Assembly: GCA_025449535.1 (NCBI GenBank)
Contig: JANWJF010000001.1
Location: 303,344-367,343 of the forward strand
Direction: 5' to 3'
Source: Candidatus Saccharimonadia bacterium
GTDB taxonomy: Bacteria; Patescibacteriota; SICC01
DNA: 64,000 bases
Every line of letters begins with the position of its first letter. The stretch's first letter is position 1. Both the position numbers and the translations under genes were made by a program. Below are positions 58,775 to 64,000 of the stretch, piece by piece. Under the pieces are notes generated by a model. That model was not told where the DNA came from, made no database searches, and saw nothing but the letters and a program-made list of their open reading frames with translations.

Positions 58775-60022
58775 TCAGGCGAAGACCGGCCCTTCCTGGC
58801 CGACTTCAGTCTCCTCGTCCTCGATAAGTACCCGCATCGGGGTGCCGGCGTACGTCTCGGCGACGCGATCCCGCGGGATCGCGACCGGCACTTCGCCGGA
58901 CTCGTTCAGTCGGAAAGCCCGCACGAAGAATTCTATGGTGTCTGGATTGCAGATGCGCATCAGAGCCAGGCCGATCTTGCGGTTGTACCGCGTGTCGAAG
59001 GCGATTCGTCGGACGGACTGCTTCTTGCCTATCTTCACCTTTGCTTCCTTGGAAATATCAAGCAGAGTCCGTTGCTCTTCGTGGATCCTGGCAGAGCGAT
59101 CATTAAGACGCTTCCTGGCTTTCTTCATCTCGTCATACGCCTCGTCGCCGGTCCGCTGACGGGAGATATATTTGACGTAGTGACCGGCCAAGTTCTCGTG
59201 CCGCGGGTCGTCAGGCTCGATGACGTTATCGTACTTGAACCAGTGATGGTAGGCCTGCGACTCCGCGCCGGCACGGAACAGCAGCGCGGCGATGAACTCG
59301 CGGTCCTCTAGGAATTGCGCGTCCTGGAAGCTGCCTTCCACCCATTCCGCGTTCCTGAGGGCTTCCGTAATCCGTTCCTGGAAGCGCTCCACCAGGAACT
59401 GCACCTGCTCCTCACAGGTCCGCAGGTTCCCCTTTTCCGAATCCTTGAGGTCCTTGTACCCCCGCGGCCGGCCTTCGACCGCCTCGTCCCATTCCGGATC
59501 GTGCGGAAAACGGAACCGGTCCAGTTCGAGGCACAGCTCCTCCGTGATGAACGCTTCTGCCTCCTCGGAATCAAGATCGGCGGTCTGCCCGAGAATCTCC
59601 GCGTACCGTTTACGGGCTTCCTTCTTCCAATCCTTGTCTTCCGGCTGCGGGTCCTCCTGGAGGTCCTCGAAAGTCGGGAATCGGTCGTATGGCAGAGGCT
59701 CTACCTCGCATGAAGCCAGCGCTCGGTCCGCTTCCAGGGGGTCGTCGGGTCCCTGCTGGGCGGTATCTCCAACCGCCAGCCCGTCGTCCGCGGGGTCATA
59801 GCGCGGCCATTCGTGGTCGCTGCCGTCGTCGGGTTCCCTGGTCCGCTCCGGAGTAGAGCCGAAGAAGCCGCTGGCCCTTTCCGTCCATGCACGGAGTTCC
59901 TCGACGCTCGCGCCCTCGCGTAGTCCGTCTGTGCGAGGATGGCCGTCAAAAACAGGAGCTTCTGCCCCTGCTCTTCCCTCCATCGCGCCCCGTTCGATGT
60001 CTGTCTTTACGTTTGTTTCCAT
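58775..60022 (-). CDS. Acidic hypothetical protein
   Basis: 415-aa clean ORF. Confidence 0.65.
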   Translation of the reverse strand: METNVKTDIERGAMEGRAGAEAPVFDGHPRTDGLREGASVEELRAWTERASGFFGSTPERTREPDDGSDHEWPRYDPADDGLAVGDTAQQGPDDPLEADRALASCEVEPLPYDRFPTFEDLQEDPQPEDKDWKKEARKRYAEILGQTADLDSEEAEAFITEELCLELDRFRFPHDPEWDEAVEGRPRGYKDLKDSEKGNLRTCEEQVQFLVERFQERITEALRNAEWVEGSFQDAQFLEDREFIAALLFRAGAESQAYHHWFKYDNVIEPDDPRHENLAGHYVKYISRQRTGDEAYDEMKKARKRLNDRSARIHEEQRTLLDISKEAKVKIGKKQSVRRIAFDTRYNRKIGLALMRICNPDTIEFFVRAFRLNESGEVPVAIPRDRVAETYAGTPMRVLIEDEETEVGQEGPVFA

Positions 60023-60087
60023 GAGGCGACTTTGTTGTTACGAATCCATTATCGCACCAACGGAGAAGCCGAGGGAAGCAAGCGACA

Positions 60088-60118
60088 ACGAAGGCCTGTG
60101 GTTTCCACAGGCCTTCGT
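60088..60118 (-). terminator. 14-bp hairpin after rnj
   Basis: ACGAAGGCCTGTGG-TTT-CCACAGGCCTTCGT. Confidence 0.65.
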
Positions 60119-60132
60119 ACCGGATGGACGGT

Positions 60133-62139
60133 TCAGACCTCGATGATGACCGGAATCACCATCGGCCGGCGTTCGGTCTGGTCGTAGAAGAAGTCACCCA
60201 GGTCGTCGCGTAACTTGTTCTTAAGCACGTCTCGTTCGGGTTGCCGACTGCCGGAAGCCTGGGCGATCTTCTTGATACGGTTCCTGGCCTGGCCGATCAG
60301 CTTGCCGGATTCCTTCAGGTAGACGAAACCGCGGGAAATGATGTCCGGGCTGCCGATCAGCTTGCCGTTCCGCCGGTCGATCGTGGCAATCGCCACCACC
60401 ATGCCGTCCTCGGCCATGTGCTTGCGGTCACGCAGCACCACTTCGCCGATGTCGCCCACCCCGAGTCCATCGATCAGTACCAGTCCGCCGCCGACCCGCT
60501 CCTTGCTGAGCCGGACGTCATCCGGACCGCGGACCTCGAGCACCTTGCCGTTGTCGAGGATATGCACGTTCGCGGTCGGAATGCCTTCCTCGTTCGCCAA
60601 CCGCCCGTGGAGGACGCGTTTGCGGTATTCGCCGTGGATCGGCATGAGGTGCTTCGGCTTGAGCATCCGGAGCATCTCGCGGAGCTCGTCTTGCTGGGCA
60701 TGTCCGGAGGTGTGGATGTCGTAAATCTTGTTATAGATCACGTCGGATCCGAGCCGGAACAGGTCGTCCATCATCTCCTCGACGGCACGCTCATTGCCGG
60801 GCACCGGCGAACTGGAGAGAATCACCGTATCACCGGCTTTGATCTGGATCTGCTTGTGCTCGCCCGTCGACATCCGCAGCAACGCGGAGTACTCGGTGGC
60901 CTGCGAGCCGGTGCAGATCACCAGCAATTCGCGGTCCGGGATGTTCTTGAGCTTCCGGACGTCGACCGTGATCCCCTTCGGGATCTTGATGTAGCCAAGC
61001 CGTTGGCAAGTCTCGACGTTCTTGAGCATCGAGCGACCGACGATGCAGACCTTGCGGTTCGTCTTCTCCGCGGCGTCGATCGCTTCCTGCAGCCGCGCGA
61101 CCAAGGAGGAGAACGTCGACATGATCACGCGGCCAGGGGCCTTGCGGATCTGTTCGGTGAGTTCCTTCTCGATCTCGATCTCGGACACGGTATGTCCGGG
61201 CTTCTCGACGTTCGTGGAGTCGTTCAGCGACATCAGCACGCCGCGCTCGCCGATGCGCTTGATCTTGTCGAACTGCGCCGGCGTATCCGCGATCGGCGTC
61301 TCGTCGAACTTGAAGTCGCCGGAGTGAGTGATAACTCCGACCGGCGTGGTGATCGCAAACCCGACGCCTTCGGGGATGTTGTGGTTCACATGGAACGCCT
61401 CGACGCTGAAGACGCCCGCCTTGAGCACGTCGTCGAACTTAAAGCGGGTCACTTCCACGCGGCGGTCGAGCTTATGCTCCTCGAGTTGGTTCTTGATGAA
61501 CCCGTCCGTCAGCTTGGTCGCGTACACCGTCGGGAAGCCGAGCTTCGGAATCAGGTACGGCGCGCCGCCGATGTGGTCGAGATGCGCGTGAGTGATGAAG
61601 ATCCCGCGGATCCGATCCTTCCGGGCCTCCAGATAGGAGATGTCCGGAATCACGTAGTCGACGCCCGGCATCGTCTCGTCCGGGAACATGAAGCCCACGT
61701 CGATGATGATGATGTCGTTGCCGAACTCCAGCGCGGTGCAGTTCATGCCGATTTCGCCGAGACCGCCCATCGGGATGATCCGCAGGTGGTTCGGTCCCGG
61801 CGGAGCCGGCTTGTTCGTATCGATCTCGGCTCGGCTGAGGTTCAGTCCGGTCGATCGGTTCGGCGGCGGGCCGTTGCGGCGGCGGCGGTTCTTGGATCCG
61901 CCTCCGCCCGGACGTCCGCCCGGTTTGCCGGGAGTGTTCCCCCGCCCGCCCGGGTTCCCGGAACGGTTAGGTCGGCCGGGACGGTTGTCGCGTCCGGGGC
62001 CGCCCGGTTTGCCGGACCGGCGAGGTTGGCCCGAACGGTCCGAGCGTCCTCCGGACGGTTGCCCGGGGGCATCGGAACGGCCGGCTTGGTCAGGCCGGTT
62101 CGGCTGGTTAGGTTGATTCGATTGGCTAGGTTGGTTCAT
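60133..62139 (-). CDS. rnj: Ribonuclease J with disordered N-terminal extension
   Basis: GGLGEIGMN, THAHLDHIG, HTSGHA, PIHGE. Confidence 0.96.
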   Translation of the reverse strand: MNQPSQSNQPNQPNRPDQAGRSDAPGQPSGGRSDRSGQPRRSGKPGGPGRDNRPGRPNRSGNPGGRGNTPGKPGGRPGGGGSKNRRRRNGPPPNRSTGLNLSRAEIDTNKPAPPGPNHLRIIPMGGLGEIGMNCTALEFGNDIIIIDVGFMFPDETMPGVDYVIPDISYLEARKDRIRGIFITHAHLDHIGGAPYLIPKLGFPTVYATKLTDGFIKNQLEEHKLDRRVEVTRFKFDDVLKAGVFSVEAFHVNHNIPEGVGFAITTPVGVITHSGDFKFDETPIADTPAQFDKIKRIGERGVLMSLNDSTNVEKPGHTVSEIEIEKELTEQIRKAPGRVIMSTFSSLVARLQEAIDAAEKTNRKVCIVGRSMLKNVETCQRLGYIKIPKGITVDVRKLKNIPDRELLVICTGSQATEYSALLRMSTGEHKQIQIKAGDTVILSSSPVPGNERAVEEMMDDLFRLGSDVIYNKIYDIHTSGHAQQDELREMLRMLKPKHLMPIHGEYRKRVLHGRLANEEGIPTANVHILDNGKVLEVRGPDDVRLSKERVGGGLVLIDGLGVGDIGEVVLRDRKHMAEDGMVVAIATIDRRNGKLIGSPDIISRGFVYLKESGKLIGQARNRIKKIAQASGSRQPERDVLKNKLRDDLGDFFYDQTERRPMVIPVIIEV

Positions 62140-62140
62140 A

Positions 62141-62833
62141 TCAGAGTAAACTTTCTTGGTTAGTAGTATCTTGTTTTGCCAGCTCGACCGGTGCGGTCGG
62201 CTTGGCGTCCTGGTTCAACATCTTGCGCACTTTCAGCTTGAAGACCGGTTCGATCTCCGGACTTTCTTCCGGCAACTCCCCGATCTTCTCAAGCAACTTC
62301 GGGATTTGCTTGAAGTCGTCGAGCAACGTGTCCTTCAGCGAGCCCGTGTAGAGCGCGGCGGCGGGATGGTACACCGGAAGGTAGGCTTGGCCGCGGAACC
62401 GCTTCGCCCGGCCGTGGTCGGCCGAGATCTTGAGGTCGGGCAGGAACCAGTCCATCGCGTGGCGGCCCAACAGCACGATCAGCTTCGGCCGGATGGCCGT
62501 AATCTGGTCGCGCAGCCAGGGCCAGGAGTGCTCGATCTCCTCCGGCTTGGGATCGCGGTTCCCCGGCGGCCGGCCCTTCAGGACGTTGGCAATGAACACG
62601 TCGTCCCGCTTCATGCCGATCGAGGCGATCAGCTCGTCGAGCAGTTTTCCCGCCGCGCCGACGAACGGCCGGCCCTGCAGGTCTTCGTTCTTGCCCGGCG
62701 CCTCGCCGATGAACAGCACGTCCGCGTTCGGGTTGCCTTCGCCCGGTACCATGTTCGTGGCCTTTTCACACGGCTCGAACCCGCACCCCTTGTGGGCGCG
62801 GATTTCGTCCGCGATCTGGTCGATTGTCTTCAA
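62141..62833 (-). CDS. udg: Uracil-DNA glycosylase family 4
   Basis: GEAPG, GRPFVG, RPPGNRDP, YHPAA; probable TTG start at 62833. Confidence 0.9.
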   Translation of the reverse strand: MKTIDQIADEIRAHKGCGFEPCEKATNMVPGEGNPNADVLFIGEAPGKNEDLQGRPFVGAAGKLLDELIASIGMKRDDVFIANVLKGRPPGNRDPKPEEIEHSWPWLRDQITAIRPKLIVLLGRHAMDWFLPDLKISADHGRAKRFRGQAYLPVYHPAAALYTGSLKDTLLDDFKQIPKLLEKIGELPEESPEIEPVFKLKVRKMLNQDAKPTAPVELAKQDTTNQESLL

Positions 62834-63013
62834 CTGCTTCTGTTCCGCCCCGCACGACGGACCAGCAACATATCCTCCTACTTGAGGAGGGCGTTGTCGG
62901 TTGCCGTAGCTGATGGCGTCGGAGTCTTCCTGGAGAAGGACCCCGTCGCCGCGAGGCTGTGAGCGAGCGCGGTGCTTGGAAACCAAGTGACGGCGCTCCT
63001 GTTAAGTGATGCC

Positions 63014-63042
63014 ATGGTACCCCATCAGGCCTTTCGTGTCAA
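63014..63042 (-). promoter_or_regulatory. sigma70 promoter TTGACA-17-TACCAT for udg-rnj
   Basis: Consensus spacing; gives a ~170-nt structured leader. Confidence 0.65.
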
Positions 63043-63180
63043 TGAAGGAGTTTATCCGAATAGAACATTTTTCCGCTAACCCCATGCAAGAAGGAAGCCA
63101 GATGACTTCCCGTAATCGTCATACGTTTGACAACCGGAGTAGAAGCCCATATTAAGTAAGCAGCCGGAACATCTCAAAAA

Positions 63181-64000
63181 ATGAAAAACGCCATCGAACG
63201 AATACGCACGATACGCTTTCCCTTCCGGGCGTCGATTGCCGCTGTCATCGCGATAGGCATTACTGCCGCAATCGTGACATTTGCCGCCCCGGGGCAATAT
63301 CAGAACAAGTACCCCAACATCATTTACGTGATCACGGATGACCAGACGTTCGAGTCGCTCAACAAGATGAAGTTCCTCACCCAACAACCGGATTGGATCA
63401 AGTTCAGCAGGGCGTATGCGAACACCCCAATCTGTTGTCCCGCCCGCGCTACGCTGTTGTCCGGTCAGTATTCCCACCACACGGGGGTAGAAACCAACAA
63501 GGAAGGCTGGAAGTTCAACGACCGATCGACCGTCGCCACTTGGCTCAAGGTCGTCGGGTACCGGACGGGCTTCGTCGGCAAGTACTTGAACGAATACCCG
63601 TGGAGCGAGCCGGGTACTTTCGTACCGCAAAGCGCGGTAAGGCCGGCCAACTACCGCCCACCGGGGTGGAATACATGGGTCGCGTTTTCCGGACCGCCCG
63701 GCTACTTGAACTACACGCTCAATATAAATGGCACACTGGTCAATAAGGGTGGCGAGGAGGCGGACTACTCCACCGATGTCCTGACTGACCAAGCGGCCCG
63801 GTTCATCTACGACAACAGCCGCGGACCGGCTCGCGAGCAACATCTGTTCCTGGTGTATGCCCCGTACGCGCCGCATACTCCGTCCACGCCGGCCGAACGT
63901 CATAGCGGTCTGTTTAAAGGCCTGAGCATTCCGCACGCTCCGAACTACAACGAGACGGACATTAGTGATAAGCCGAAGTGGTTACAGGAAAACCACGCGC
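63181..64000 (+). CDS. Sulfatase (GlcNAc-6-sulfatase-like), truncated by window end
   Basis: N-terminal TM; PNIIYVITDDQ; CCPARATLLSGQY; GKYLN; APH. Confidence 0.9.
   Translation, partial: MKNAIERIRTIRFPFRASIAAVIAIGITAAIVTFAAPGQYQNKYPNIIYVITDDQTFESLNKMKFLTQQPDWIKFSRAYANTPICCPARATLLSGQYSHHTGVETNKEGWKFNDRSTVATWLKVVGYRTGFVGKYLNEYPWSEPGTFVPQSAVRPANYRPPGWNTWVAFSGPPGYLNYTLNINGTLVNKGGEEADYSTDVLTDQAARFIYDNSRGPAREQHLFLVYAPYAPHTPSTPAERHSGLFKGLSIPHAPNYNETDISDKPKWLQENHA

Noticed and set aside
1-64000. TGA recoding (genetic code 25)
   Set aside because: Conserved genes such as dnaJ, yebC, ruvA and rnj end at TGA at expected lengths

Overview
High-GC bacterial chromosome segment with a Patescibacteria/CPR-like gene set (inference): type IV pilin and PilN/O genes, split ComEC, short HrcA, stand-alone PurH N-domain and many orphan acidic proteins. 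Housekeeping content includes rpmB, murD, yebC-ruvC, ruvAB, dnaJ, hrcA-grpE-dnaK with a perfect CIRCE, lepA, udg-rnj, tRNA-Pro(GGG), tRNA-Lys(TTT) and a compact 6S-like RNA. Surface and host-interaction genes include a >1300-aa secreted protein, an S8-Ig-SpoIID fusion, a sortase with substrates, and a sulfatase. There is also a GT4/TreT/GalT sugar cluster. The most unusual signals are non-coding: (1) an unassigned ~275-nt structured RNA with its own promoter and terminator between tRNA-Pro and 6S; (2) a leaderless leader-peptide attenuator before an unknown gene; (3) several structured 5' leaders on orphan genes, one with twin UACG/UACG internal-loop hairpins; (4) uORFs coupled to non-ATG starts and a possibly frameshifted FolE-2OG oxygenase fusion; (5) widespread leaderless gene architecture. 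I saw no CRISPR array, integrase, transposase or reverse transcriptase. All calls are by eye; no database searches were run.
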